Source of the DNA: Seison nebaliae
Taxonomy: Eukaryota
NCBI GenBank assembly: GCA_023231475.1
Contig: JALJEE010000343.1
Coordinates: forward strand, 62,001-121,965
DNA length: 59,965 bases
Direction of reading: 5' to 3'
Part shown: positions 30,329 to 41,988 of the stretch, piece after piece
Layout: every line of letters begins with the position of its first letter
How positions within the stretch are numbered: the stretch's first letter is position 1
The notes under the pieces: generated by a model
Database searches by the model: none
What the model was told of the DNA's origin: nothing
Seen by the model: the letters and a program-made list of their open reading frames with translations, nothing else
Program-made: the position numbers and the translations under genes

Positions 30329-31770
30329 TCAATTGTTTTCATTTGAAACTGATATATCGATTTGAGGTTGAAAATGAGACGTCATAGGAAATTGAGTATT
30401 CCGAGAGAATGGAAGTTCATTTAATTGCTGTAATGATTCTGTGAATTGTTTCGACGGATCCGTCGGTTGGATAGTCGGCATTGGAACGTAGATATTGGGA
30501 GGCATTGCGGATAATTGTGGATTATATGATGTGAGTGGAGGATGTGCCATTTGTGGTAAAGTCGAATAAGTTGTTGGAGGAGGAGGTGTCATTTGTGGTA
30601 CCATCGAATAAGTAGTTAGAGTAGGTGCCATTTGTTGCGGTAAAGTTGAATAAGTAGATGGGGGAGGTGCCATTTGTGGAAAGGATGAATAAGTAGTTGA
30701 GAGATGTGATGGTAAATTGACAGAAGAAAATGGAATATTAGGAGGCGGCAATATAGGAGTATGAGTTGGAAATTGAATATTTTGTGAATAATCTTGACTT
30801 ATCATGGTTGTCGGCATTTGTTGTAGAATTGCCGAATTGACCTTATCATTCTCTTCGATTATTTCTGATGAATTATTTTCTGTTACCAACATTGATGATT
30901 TTATTTTATCCTCATCTTTCATATCTACAATTTGATTTGACGCCACCAATAAATTCATGACGTTCTCATTCTTCTTTTCTTCCTTTACTTCATTTGCAGA
31001 TGTTTCAGTTTGAGCGATTTCAATTCGATCTTTACCAGACGATAATTTTCGTCCATTTTGTGGAATTCGATGGAGAATTCCATATGAGATACTACAGCCA
31101 ATACTTCCTTCACCACCCCAAGCTCTATTGGGAGTGAGAACTAATTCGCGACAATAATCCTTCTCTCGACTATATACAAATAATCGAAGTGGTTTCTGTT
31201 CGAACGCTTCGATCAAATCAAATAAATCGTCGGGCTAAAATAATATAAATAATTATTAAAAGGAAATATAATTATTAAATATATTTGAACTTCATCTAAA
31301 ATTTGATCACTTCCAATAATATAATCAGTATTCGATCGCAAACCGGCTAATTCAGCGGGAGAACCATGTTGCACATCTAACACATGCCACACATGATTCG
31401 CTGCGTTATTAAATGAACAAAATCGAATGGAAATTCCTAATAATCCACCGAATTGCTGATCATCACCAGTTCCCCATTTCTTCGACGGTGTTACTCTCAA
31501 TTTTCGCACTTTTCTACTTTTACTTGAATAGACCATAATCTCTACTTCTTTCTCTTCATTCGCTTGAAGAATGTTACGCAAATCATTATTTTCATTCGTC
31601 AATCTCATGTCGTTAACTCCAACTAGAAAATCGAAGAATGGTTCCACTCCAACCGTCGAACATGGCGATCCAATAGCCACACGTAATATGTGATATCCTT
31701 CCGATCCTCCACCTGGAAGATCCATTTCTTCCACGTCAATATCATTCACCAGATGGTCATAAATTCCCAT
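30329..31770 (-). CDS. GORASP2: Golgi reassembly stacking protein GRASP55/65; intron 31290-31235
   Basis: [69 protein letters not shown]; Pro/Ser/Thr-rich tail with short tandem repeats. Confidence 0.93.
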
Positions 31771-31814
31771 TAAAATTTTCGTGATCATTTTGAAAAACTG
31801 TGAGCGATTCAGAT

Positions 31815-31827
31815 GTTACTTGGCAAC
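31815..31827. promoter_or_regulatory. X-box (RFX site) 45 bp upstream of the GRASP start
   Basis: GTTACTTGGCAAC matches the GTTRCY-N-RGCAAC consensus. Confidence 0.55.
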
Positions 31828-32472
31828 CAATAGCCGAAAAAGGAGAACAGACAAAGTTCGAGAAATCCACACAGATTTGGGGAAATAAATGACGAAGGAA
31901 AAGAAATACAAATACTTTTCTTATTACGTGTACGCCTTCCGCTCAATTAATTCATTCGTTCTCCATTCATTCCTAATCGAGTTGTGGCCATTCAATTTAA
32001 AAGTTTAGTTTAGACAATCTTTAAAGATTTTACAATTTTTCAAATTCCTTCGTTACATGTCAACACTTTTTCTTTAACCTTTATTCTCCTTAACATCTTC
32101 ATTCATATTGGTGAACAGATTTAGAAGAATATTTTGAGAGAAATTTAAAAATTAGTTAAAAGTTTTTTTTAATTTGAATTTTGAAAAATTTGAACGAAAT
32201 TTTATAAATTTTTCCGAACAATTTCTCAATAGTCTTAATGAATTTTTTGAGTTGGGCGCAAATTCTTTGAAGATCATTTGAAACGAATTGTAAAAATTGT
32301 CGTTGAATTCCACGAGCTTCATTTCATCTATTTATTTCTAGTTGATAATGTTAAGGGATAGGAGAGTCGATTTGAATAAAAGCTGTTAAGTTTATTTAAT
32401 AAAAGAAACTGAAAATAATTTATCAGTTCGAACCGGGATCAGTTGGGAGAAGAGTCTTATGTTTCCATAGTC

Positions 32473-33114
32473 ATGCTTCTTCGTCTACTGCTACTGTCAG
32501 TTATCGTAAATTTGAGAACGAATCTCATTCGTTGTCAAAGTCACGACTGGTATTTCGAAATTTTACACCCGAAAGATCTCCGATTTACGTTCAAGGCAAG
32601 AGCCGCTAAGAATTTTGGCGTTTCTTTCCCATCTTATTACGAAGACGTTTTACTTGTTCCCATTCATCCGATAATCGGATGTGAGACATATGGCGAAGAG
32701 ATGATGACGAAAGTAAAAAATTCGGTGGCTCTTGTTGAAAGAGGCGATTGTTCATTTCTTTTAAAATCGATTAAAGCACAAGAAGCTGGTGCAGTAGCTG
32801 TTGTAGTAATGGATAATTATGAATCGTCTTCGAAAAAATCAAAATTGGAAGAAGAAAATATTGACAATTTTTATGATACGAGATTATTTAATAGTCGATC
32901 GAAATATGAGGAGGCTCATCTTATCGATATGATTCGTGATGAGTCAGAAAGAGATATTTCAATTCCTGCTATGTTCATCAGTTTCCTCGACGGTTATTAT
33001 ATTCGTCGCAGTCTCCACAATAATTCGATGACGGCTGCTTATATTAACATCCCGCTCAATATGACGAAAATTCGACAGTTTAAACAACGTCAAGTGCCTT
33101 GGTCGTTGTGGTGA
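32473..33114 (+). CDS. PRADC1: Protease-associated domain-containing protein 1 (secreted PA domain)
   Basis: Signal peptide; YFEILHPKDLRFTFKARAAKNFG, VALVERGDCSFLLKSIKAQEAGA, IDMIRDES, IPAMF and C-terminal QVPWSLW are characteristic of PRADC1. Confidence 0.92.
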   Translation: MLLRLLLLSVIVNLRTNLIRCQSHDWYFEILHPKDLRFTFKARAAKNFGVSFPSYYEDVLLVPIHPIIGCETYGEEMMTKVKNSVALVERGDCSFLLKSIKAQEAGAVAVVVMDNYESSSKKSKLEEENIDNFYDTRLFNSRSKYEEAHLIDMIRDESERDISIPAMFISFLDGYYIRRSLHNNSMTAAYINIPLNMTKIRQFKQRQVPWSLW

Positions 33115-33365
33115 GTGGAGAGAAAGAAATGACACACAATCGTCATCGTTATCGAATATCATTTACTGATAATTTATGTTTTTGTACAAAAGAAAAAATG
33201 AATTTCGAACAATCTTCTTCTTTTCTTCATTTTTCGTTCATTATTAATTTTTAAATTATTTTCCTTTTTTCCTTTCATAAAAGTAGATTTTTGGTGAATG
33301 GTGAGAATTCCTTTCAATTTATTTTCCAGTTTATTTGTCGTTGGTGGTTGTGGTGGTGGAAGAAA

Positions 33366-36300
33366 ATGATGAAATGTTCAGGAAAAATAGAAATCATTCC
33401 TTTGGGTGCTGGTCAGGAAGTGGGACGGAGTTGTATTATCGTGCGAATGGATGGATATGTTATTATGTTGGATTGTGGTATGCATATGGGCTACAATGAT
33501 AATCGACGATTTCCTGATTTCTCTTATTTGAAAGGAAAATATTCAAATCTCTCATCAGTTGTCGATGTTGTTCTCGTTTCTCATTTCCATTTAGATCATT
33601 GTGGCGCTCTACCATACATGAGTGAGATGATTGGATATGACGGTCCAATTTATATGACACATCCAACTCGAGCAATCTGTCCCATCCTCCTCGAAGATTT
33701 CCGAAAAGTTGTAACGATAAAAAGTGGAACATCCGACAATTTCTTCACTGTTCAAATGATAAAAGATTGTTGCAAGAAAGTTCACGTCATTAATTTGAGA
33801 GAAGATCATCAAGTGACGAAAAAGAATATTCGAATTCGTGCTTATTATGCTGGTCATGTGATTGGAGCATGTATGTTTTATGTGCGAACACCAAATGCAT
33901 CGTTCGTTTATACCGGTGATTATAATATGACACCTGATCGACATTTAGGATCAGCATGGATTGATCAATGTAATCCAGATTTATTAATAACCGAATCGAC
34001 TTATGCGACGACTATTCGAGATTCGAAACGTTGTCGTGAAAGTGATTTTCTGAGTAAAGTGCATCGTTGTTTGGATGAAGGTGGGAAAGTGTTGATTCCA
34101 GTTTTCGCTCTTGGACGTGCACAAGAACTGTGCATTCTCTTAGAATCATATTGGGAGAGAATGAAATTGACATATCCCATTTATTTCTCTACCGGTTTAA
34201 TTTCGAAAGCGAATTTATATTATAAATTATTCATTTTATGGACTAGTCAGAAGATTAAGGAGACGTTCTCTGAAAGAAATATGTTCGATTATAAACATAT
34301 CGGTGCATATGAACATCAATTCGCTGATTATAATGGACCGATGGTAGTATTTGCCACTCCGGGAATGTTACATGCGGGAACGTCGTTGAGAATTTTCAAA
34401 AAATGGGCATCGTCTGAAAAGAATATGCTCATCATGCCTGGTTATTGTGTGAAAGGAACAGTGGGACAGAAGGTGTTAAGTGGCGAGAAAAAAGTGGAAA
34501 TAGAAGGACAAATGGTGAATGTTCGACTTCAAGTGGAATATATGAGTTTTTCTGCACATGCCGATGCTAAAGGAATTATGCAACTCATTCAAATGTGTCG
34601 AGCTAAACATGTACTATTAGTACATGGGGAAGCGACAAAAATGAATTTCTTGAAGAAGTGTATTGAAGACGAATATGGAGTTCCATGTTATTTTCCCGCC
34701 AACGGTCAATATACATCCATCAATCTCGATTATCGTCCAATTATCGGTTTGATGGAAAAGAAGTATATTTCTACAAATCAAACATTCTCTCAATATACCG
34801 ACAACTTTTTAGAAGGAAAAATTAAAAAGTCATTGTTGTTGACTGATGAGAATGAAATGACTCCGATAAAAATTGAAAAGAAGAAATCAGATGAATTGGA
34901 AGAAGAGGATGACAATAAAGTTGCCGTATCGACATTGAGTCGATTGTTGAATGAGATAACGGAGAAGAAATTAGAAGAGATTAAAGAGAATTCTCAGAAA
35001 TATTCTCAAAAGTTTTTCTCAGACAATAAATCTGGAAAGAAATCGAATTATGGTAAGGAAATTGAAGGAATGGAACAAATGAACAAGATCGATGTAAATG
35101 ATGATGACAATACCATCATGACAATGATTGATAATGGAATTAATAAGAATGAAATCAATTTGGAAGATATGGAATTGTATAAAAATTGTGAAACGACAAA
35201 TGATGAGAAGGATTCGGTGACGTTGTATGACAATTTAATTAATTCTACATCTTTCGACCATTATTGGGATTCTTTCGGCTTTCCAGATCCGATTATGCCA
35301 AATTCGATCGATCTTATTACTACCACGGATGGGAGGAAGTCATCTTTGAAATTAATTCCGAAACCGATTCGAACTTTCTTTCCTGAGACGATTGAAGAGA
35401 ATCATGAAAATTTCATTTTGGTTTGTAAAACGAATATGGTCAATTTGAATTATAGTTATAATGAGAAAATGCTTCGCAATTATCACAAATTAATTCCATC
35501 GTTTTGTCACAAACCAAAAATTGGAAAGAAGTTCAATCACCAAAATAAATTCTCTGCTTTTCAATCCATCTATTCATCGATGAATGTGAAAGAAAGAAAT
35601 CTTCCGAAACTTCATGGATTGTTAGAAAAGTTTTTAAAGATTTTTTCCGAGAATAATGATTCAGATGATTTTCTTGAAATTTTCAAGAAAGAATTTCAAC
35701 CAGAATCATATGTCGAACAAATTTTATTTTTATGGTGTAATCAATATCAATCGACGTTTAGTGAATTGACGGATTTGTTATTTACGTTGATTGTTGAACA
35801 AATTCGAAGTTCCATTAAAAAGAATCGAGAAATTGAGAGAAATTATTTCACTTCTTTTTATCAATCGATCAACTATTTAGAGTATGGAAAATGTGATGAA
35901 AATTCGGATGTATCAATTGATACGGATGATATGGAGAAGTGTGAAGATGTGACACAATTGAAAGTGGAGATGATGAATGAGAGAAATTCGGGAGAAACGA
36001 ACGAAAAGAAGATGAAGGAATATCAAGAAAGAATTGAAATAAATCAAATGAAAAGTGAACATAAAAGAATTCATAAATTATTGAATTTATTCTCAAAATC
36101 ATCAGATGATTCATCAGAGACGGAAACAATGAATGAAAGTCAACGAGAATTAGCCATATCGATATGTCTGGCACTTTATCAATTGGAATTTAGTGAAAAG
36201 AAACGAAAAAAAAAGAAGAGAATAACATTAGATGTGAGAGAAAAGAAGAAAATTATCAATTCAGATGACGATATCGATACGGAAAATGAAACTGATTATT

Positions 36301-38424
36301 ATAATAAATTCGATGGAAATAATAAAAATAATGAGAAGTTTATCAAAGGAAAATCTTTTGGCTTATCATATAAGAATGATTTCGATTTGGAATTGTTAGG
36401 GAAAAATTTGTTTTCCGATCAATCGATGCGAACAATTTTCAGAAATCTCAATTATCAAATTCAATCACAAATTCTCCATTTGACATACTCGTTCTTAGAG
36501 AAGGACGTTCAACCATTCTACGATAACAAAATCAAACATGATGAACAAATGAGAAGATTGCATAGTGAATTGGAGAATGAGATGGAATCGAAAGAAAATG
36601 ATTCCATTGAGATTAATGGTATTCAATATCAGCGAGTTGGAAAAATTGATCGAAATTTCATTGATTCCATTCATCAACTTCGATCGATATTAATTCATCA
36701 ATATGGAAAAGAGATTTCTCATGATCATAATGTCGAATTATTGCACAAAATTGTCAATTCGAAAAGTGTTGAATTGGAACGATTTGCATTGAAGAAAATC
36801 GATTCATTACAACCCGAACAAAAACTTCAATGTTCAATAAAAAATTTATCTCGTCGGAAACATAATGAAAAATTTGAGAAAACTTCGCCAAATTCTACGA
36901 TTTCTCAAGATGGTCGATCTGGTCATCGTCATAATCATCATCATCATCACCATCGTCATCATCGTTCAAACAATTATCATAATCGTAACAACAACAACAG
37001 TAACGAGATGAATGAGGAAGAAAAGATGGCGAATTCGAGTTCAAGACGACGTCATTCTGATAATGAGAATCAAAAAGATCAGAAGAAATCGAAAGAAGAT
37101 TCGAAAGATTTGTCTCATCATCATCGATCACATCATCCTAAAAAACGTTCTTCTAGTTATTATGGAAAGACGAATTACTACGCCGATTCGATAGATGAAT
37201 TCCATTTTAATTCTGACAATTTATCCGTTCTCCAATTCGTCACTAAATTATTATCAGATGAACGATTCGATGACGAATGGGAATCAAGAATGGAACGAGA
37301 AAATCTGATTGATGAGACGATAGATAAATTGATAAGAAATCGATGGAAGGAAGAGAATGATGGAAGATTTATGGTGGAAGTTGATTCTCGAATAAAAGAA
37401 AGAGAAATGACTGACGATCATTATCAGAAAAATCTTTCTTCCTTCAAGAAATTAGTGGACAACAATTTGAAAATTGATAATCTGAATAAAAACGACGAGA
37501 AATCCAACGAACATTTTGTAATTGATTCAGATTTGGCGAATTCATTGAACATTCTTCAAGAACTGACGAGATTAATGGAGAAGAAGAATGATATGGAGGA
37601 GAAGAGAAATGCTAATATGAATTTCACTTTCAATTCCATCAATTCCATTCAACAGATGGAAGATGAATTATTACAACAATATATGTTGAGAGAGAAATTG
37701 AAGATTTTCAATAGTCTCCAAATCGCTTGGTCGATTGATCGGAATGAAAATTTAAATAATTTCTTTACCGAATCTGAATTGAAATTCATAAATTACGGAA
37801 AGTTTCTTCCTTCAAAAATCATTAAAAAATCAGAAAATTTCCTTAATAACGATAAATTGCGTGATAATGAAACAGACGAGAAGAAATCGAATAAGAAACA
37901 AATAATGACTATCAATGAAGAGAAGAGACGATTTAACGAAATGCATTGTCAACATCCGACCATTCATTTGATGAAATCAAAAGAATTCGTCGAAAAATTC
38001 GAAATAGGTGACGCTCATCAATTCAACTTTTCACAATTGATCGAATTCGATCTCAATAAATTATTGACATTCAACGAAGAACAATCAAATGAGACGAATG
38101 ATTTAGTGGATGAATTGGAATGTTTAGCAGAACAATTACTCGTCGTCCGATTAACAGCAATGCTCGTTTTTGTCTCAAGGTTTTTTTTTATAAAGAAAAA
38201 TTTATTTTAAAAAAATTTTCTTTAAAAGATTTTTGAAAAGGAAAAATGATTTGTCATTATTATATGATGATGGTGAGATTGTTGGTATTAATCTGTTCAA
38301 GAGTTGTCGTATCATCTTCTCGAATGAGAAAGAGAATCAATTTGTCATCCATTGGAATCAGGAGGAATGGTATTTCGCCGATTGCTTGATCGAATTCTTC
38401 ATCTCCACAATCTCGTCGAATTGA
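33366..38424 (+). CDS. INTS11: Integrator complex subunit 11 (MBL/beta-CASP endonuclease) with a very large C-terminal-domain insertion; ~1,670 aa; one short intron ~38180-38228
   Basis: [91 protein letters not shown]. Terminal [16 protein letters not shown] resembles the INTS11 C-terminal motif. Confidence 0.95.
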
Positions 38425-38450
38425 TCTTCAATATTCTTTCAATGGATCAT

Positions 38451-38514
38451 GTTGCCACTTAATAGTGGAGGATGGTTTTGGCTTTTCCAAACTTCTCCAC
38501 TATTAAGTGTCAAC
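38451..38514. other. 64-nt near-perfect hairpin just 3' of the INTS11 stop
   Basis: gttgccacttaatagtggagga pairs with ttctccactattaagtgtcaac (20/22 Watson-Crick), plus an inner tttgg/ccaaa stem. Confidence 0.75.
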
Positions 38515-38792
38515 CATCTTTTCTTTACTTTTTATTCCATAATTTTCTAAAGACAAAAATGAATTTTATTAAATAAAAATAAATTTAGGAACTTTAAAAT
38601 TCGTTAATAGAGAAAGTGCGCGACGAAAATTTTGTTATCGTCAAAATATATTTTTATTCGAAGAAAAATTTATAATGAAAGAATAAGTCAAATTTCCTTC
38701 TGATTTATAGATGTGAAAGAAAGAGTCAATGAATGAACAATTATGAAGAATGAGAGAATTCAACTGAATTTTATTGCGCTCGATTAAATTTA

Positions 38793-39023
38793 ATGGGAAA
38801 TTTGGACCCCGAATTATCTGATAGAAAAATCAATCGACGTATCAGTTATGTGGCGTTCATTTTGGGCTTCTTTATGCCTCCACTCGCTGTCTATCTTGTT
38901 AGGCAGAAATGTGACGGACATGTTGCATTAGCAGGTGGTTTATTTCTCTTATTTTGGATACCGGGAATAGTGTATGCATGGAATATGATCATCGTTTACG
39001 ATCATAATGAAGAATGGTATTGA
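38793..39023 (+). CDS. Pmp3/YqaE (UPF0057) small membrane proteolipid
   Basis: ILGFFMPPLAVYL...LFLLFWIPGIVYAW is the Pmp3 family signature (PPxAV...WIPGxxYA). Intronless. Confidence 0.88.
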   Translation: MGNLDPELSDRKINRRISYVAFILGFFMPPLAVYLVRQKCDGHVALAGGLFLLFWIPGIVYAWNMIIVYDHNEEWY

Positions 39024-39089
39024 ATTTGTTAAGTGATTTATTGTAAAACATAATTATCAATTTGATAGAAATGAATAAAAAACATTATT

Positions 39090-39160
39090 AATAATTTCGA
39101 GTCATGATCGGATTCTTTCAAGGAATTTGTGAAGAATGACTGTCATTGAAAAGAAGAAAT
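39090..39160 (-). promoter_or_regulatory. SECIS element in the SelT 3' UTR
   Basis: Minus strand reads ATGA-C-AGTCAT-TCTTCAC-AAA-TTCCTTGAAAGAA-TCCGATC-ATGACT-C-GA: AUGA/GA core, AGUCAU/AUGACU helix, apical AA and a mini-stem. Confidence 0.8.
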
Positions 39161-39236
39161 GTGATGTATTTAAAATTTTTTTCTTTTTTTTCTCGTGAGA
39201 TAAGAAAATTGCTCGTTATCTCATCGAAATAATAAA

Positions 39237-40000
39237 TTATACGGAATATCTCATTTCACCAAAACGTTTGGCGATGTCTAAGAATTCCTGATCGGATGGT
39301 GGACGTCCACTTTGCAGTTTCGACCAAAATGTAATTCCGTGTGCTTCAATTTCAAAGGCACCCGTTGAGAGAAGAGCATTCTCTATTACATTGACGGTAA
39401 TGAAGACTAGAAGGCAGAATTGTACCTAAGAAGAAGAAATATTTGAATTAAAAGTTTTTAAATTTGAATTTGAAAAATAAAAATGAAACTTTTGATTGTA
39501 AGACGGAATTCCAGAAATTTGGAGTTTCCAATCCGAAATAAGAGAAGATGTTCACATTGAAGACAATGAAAAAAATGACAATGATTTTAAGGAAGGAGAG
39601 GAACGATGCAGCAAGTGATCGAATTTTGTTCGGAGGGTAAGTTGACCCTTCGATTTCAACTTTGGGAGCATGAGTTGCGGCTAATTCACGAAAATGTTCG
39701 AACACTTGCTTATATCCTCAAGAAGAGCTGTGTGAATGATAGAGAGATATGAAAGGAATTTTTTGAAATAATTTAAAACCAAAATCTTATTTTCAAAGTA
39801 TTCGTATTTCCATTCATTTGATATTTTGGTTTGGCGACGATTCGATCGATATTCTCGTCGATTTCTTCCTTCGATTCTCTTTTAGTCTTGAGATAATTTT
39901 CGAAGAATTCCGGATGTTGATCAATGGCATATTGGAGAGCTGTCACTATCAACATGAGAACGACGAAGGAACTCGTTCCCACAACCGACATAGTCGGCAT
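39237..40000 (-). CDS. SELENOT: Selenoprotein T (thioredoxin-like, CxxU); exons 40000-39780, 39727-39490, 39425-39237
   Basis: Spliced sequence LKIRFCSS(TGA)GYKQVFEHF, with TGA at 39720-39718. IEGSTYPP and LSTGAFEI...FWSKLQSGRPPS match SelT. A SECIS lies downstream. Confidence 0.95.
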
Positions 40001-40196
40001 CACAATATCGGAATAACTTGAAATGAATCTATATTATCTTTTTTTTTGATGACACTGGTAAGAGAAAAAATTGGATGTAATTTTAGAGCTTTCAATTTAA
40101 TTAAGTCGATTAACTCATTAATTGATGTTATTGGGAGAAGAGAATTATTTCCAAACAATTATAAAATTTCATTCAAATAATTTAAGTATAACGTGA

Positions 40197-40967
40197 ATGG
40201 ATGGTGATCGACGATATTTACCAGGAGATGTCATTCATCTGGAGAGTGATGAAATAAAAAAGATTGGTCGTGGATTGAAATATGATGAATTGATCAATGA
40301 AAATAATAAGGACGAATCGGTGACATTGCGAGTTGTTAATTCAGGTAAGTTACTATTGAAGAAGAAAGCGGGAGTTATCGATAATTTTGGAGTTGGATAT
40401 ATACCAAATGTTGGAGACCGAATTATCGGAGTTACTACTCAAACTTCTCATGAAACTGTTCGTGTTGATATTGGATGGTTGACACCGATGAATCTCTCGT
40501 TATTAGCATTTGATGGAGCATCGAAAAGACAGAAACCAAATGTAAATGTTGGCGATTTATTATATTGTCAAATAACAGAAATGTACCAAAATGGTTATGT
40601 CGAATTGAGTTGTGAGAATGCGAAAGATATCAAATTAGAGAGTAAATTGAGTGGATCGCTCGGTGTCCTTACTAAATTGGAACAACAAGTCTCTTCGTAT
40701 CTCATGAGAATTCCTCCGAGATTCGCAAAGAAATTATTGTATCGATATGACAGATCATGCGATCTGTTATGGAGAATGGCAAAAGAATTGAACATTTTCG
40801 AATCAGCGATAGGAGTTAATGGTTATATCTGGTTCCGTGCTAATAATGTCGATAACATTCTCAAGCTTACACATGCAACAACGCTATTTATGGAGAGAGG
40901 TTTCAATTTCAATAAATCAATTATCGATCAAGTCATCGCAGATACCAAATCTAAATTTAATATTTAA
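40197..40967 (+). CDS. EXOSC3: Exosome complex component RRP40
   Basis: LPGD, IGRGL, YIPNVGDRIIG, LSLLAFDGASKRQKPNVNVGDLLY, ELSC, AIGVNGYIW. Confidence 0.92.
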   Translation: MDGDRRYLPGDVIHLESDEIKKIGRGLKYDELINENNKDESVTLRVVNSGKLLLKKKAGVIDNFGVGYIPNVGDRIIGVTTQTSHETVRVDIGWLTPMNLSLLAFDGASKRQKPNVNVGDLLYCQITEMYQNGYVELSCENAKDIKLESKLSGSLGVLTKLEQQVSSYLMRIPPRFAKKLLYRYDRSCDLLWRMAKELNIFESAIGVNGYIWFRANNVDNILKLTHATTLFMERGFNFNKSIIDQVIADTKSKFNI

Positions 40968-41038
40968 TATTGTATTATATTAGATTAAATTAATTTCTTT
41001 TATTTCAATTCAATTTTTCAAAATCTCTTAATCGTCAA

Positions 41039-41988
41039 TTAAGCATATGTCAATTGTGGATCATCTTTTGAAAGATATTTCATTGTCGCTTCATTCACAT
41101 AATTGTCGATTGTCTTTTCATCAACTGATTTTATCAAGTTTTTCGAATGGTTCGGAATCAGAAGTTTTATTGTATTAATTGCACCGTTCATGATCCATGG
41201 TGCTTTGTACAATAAGAACACACCGAGAAATGCAGGAAAATAATTCTTGAACACATCGACTATGAAACGAGAGATGTTGAGATCCTGTGGAGAGAAAAGG
41301 AAATTTGAATTTTTCAAATATTTAAATATTTTAACGATAGATGTTATTCCACTACCGGTGAAATCTAAGAGAATACTCAATTGATTCTCATTGACATTCT
41401 TTTCAAACAATCGTTCACAAATGAAAAGTATAGCATTCTTTTGTCGAATATATCCTCCCGATTTCGTATCATATTTGATGTGACTCTTTACATCCATTAT
41501 CAAAAGGGAATTTCCTTTCGCATCTTTCGCATCCTCTCGAAACATGTTCAACATCGGTTCGTCACATTCCTCTTCAGTAATGGCTCTTACACGATCCGTC
41601 TTCCGTTTCAAGAAACATTCGTTAACTAGTTTTGCCGTTTTCTTCACATCGAACTCCATCATTACCAAGAACCGTGCTGTTCAAAAATGATTATTCCCGA
41701 AAGTTCAACTAACTAACCAGGAACAGCCGAAGACTCCGATTCGAAAATGAGGTCATAGTCTTCCCTATAGAAATTGGCAATGTTCTCTAGAAGATTGGAG
41801 GAAAAAAATAATTAAATCGACAAATGAATTATTAGAACTGGAATATTCTTGTTTGAAATAAGACCGTAATTCTCTAACTAATTCCAATATTTGATTGTCA
41901 GACTAAAAAATAAAATAATGAAATTGACATGGTTGAATTGATGTAAAACCTTCTCCGTCCATCCATCGAGTACTTTAAATTTCTTCAT
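41039..41988 (-). CDS. CRAL-TRIO (Sec14-like) lipid-binding protein, MOSPD2 N-terminal-like, 5 exons
   Basis: RFLVMMEFDVKKTAKLVNECFLKRK, KDAKGN, ILLDFTGSG, FKNYFPAFLGVFLLYKAPWI. Upstream exons (41988-41950, ~41902-41839, ~41786-41718) reconstructed in frame; in-frame intron 41335-41285. Confidence 0.85.

Noticed and set aside
33291..33365. N-terminal extension [25 protein letters not shown] of the 1639-aa ORF
   Set aside because: It begins at a non-ATG codon and spans an acceptor-like ttttccag. Homology starts at ATG 33366, so this is probably 5' UTR/intron.
34770..37950. INTS11 insertion as an intein or transposon
   Set aside because: No Cys/Ser start with a His-Asn end, and no LAGLIDADG, RT or transposase motifs. 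Composition is low-complexity.
39718..39720. General stop-codon reassignment
   Set aside because: TAA and TGA terminate other genes normally (e.g. 33114, 38424, 46053). The only in-frame TGA is at the SelT Sec position with a SECIS. Other apparent internal stops resolve as introns.
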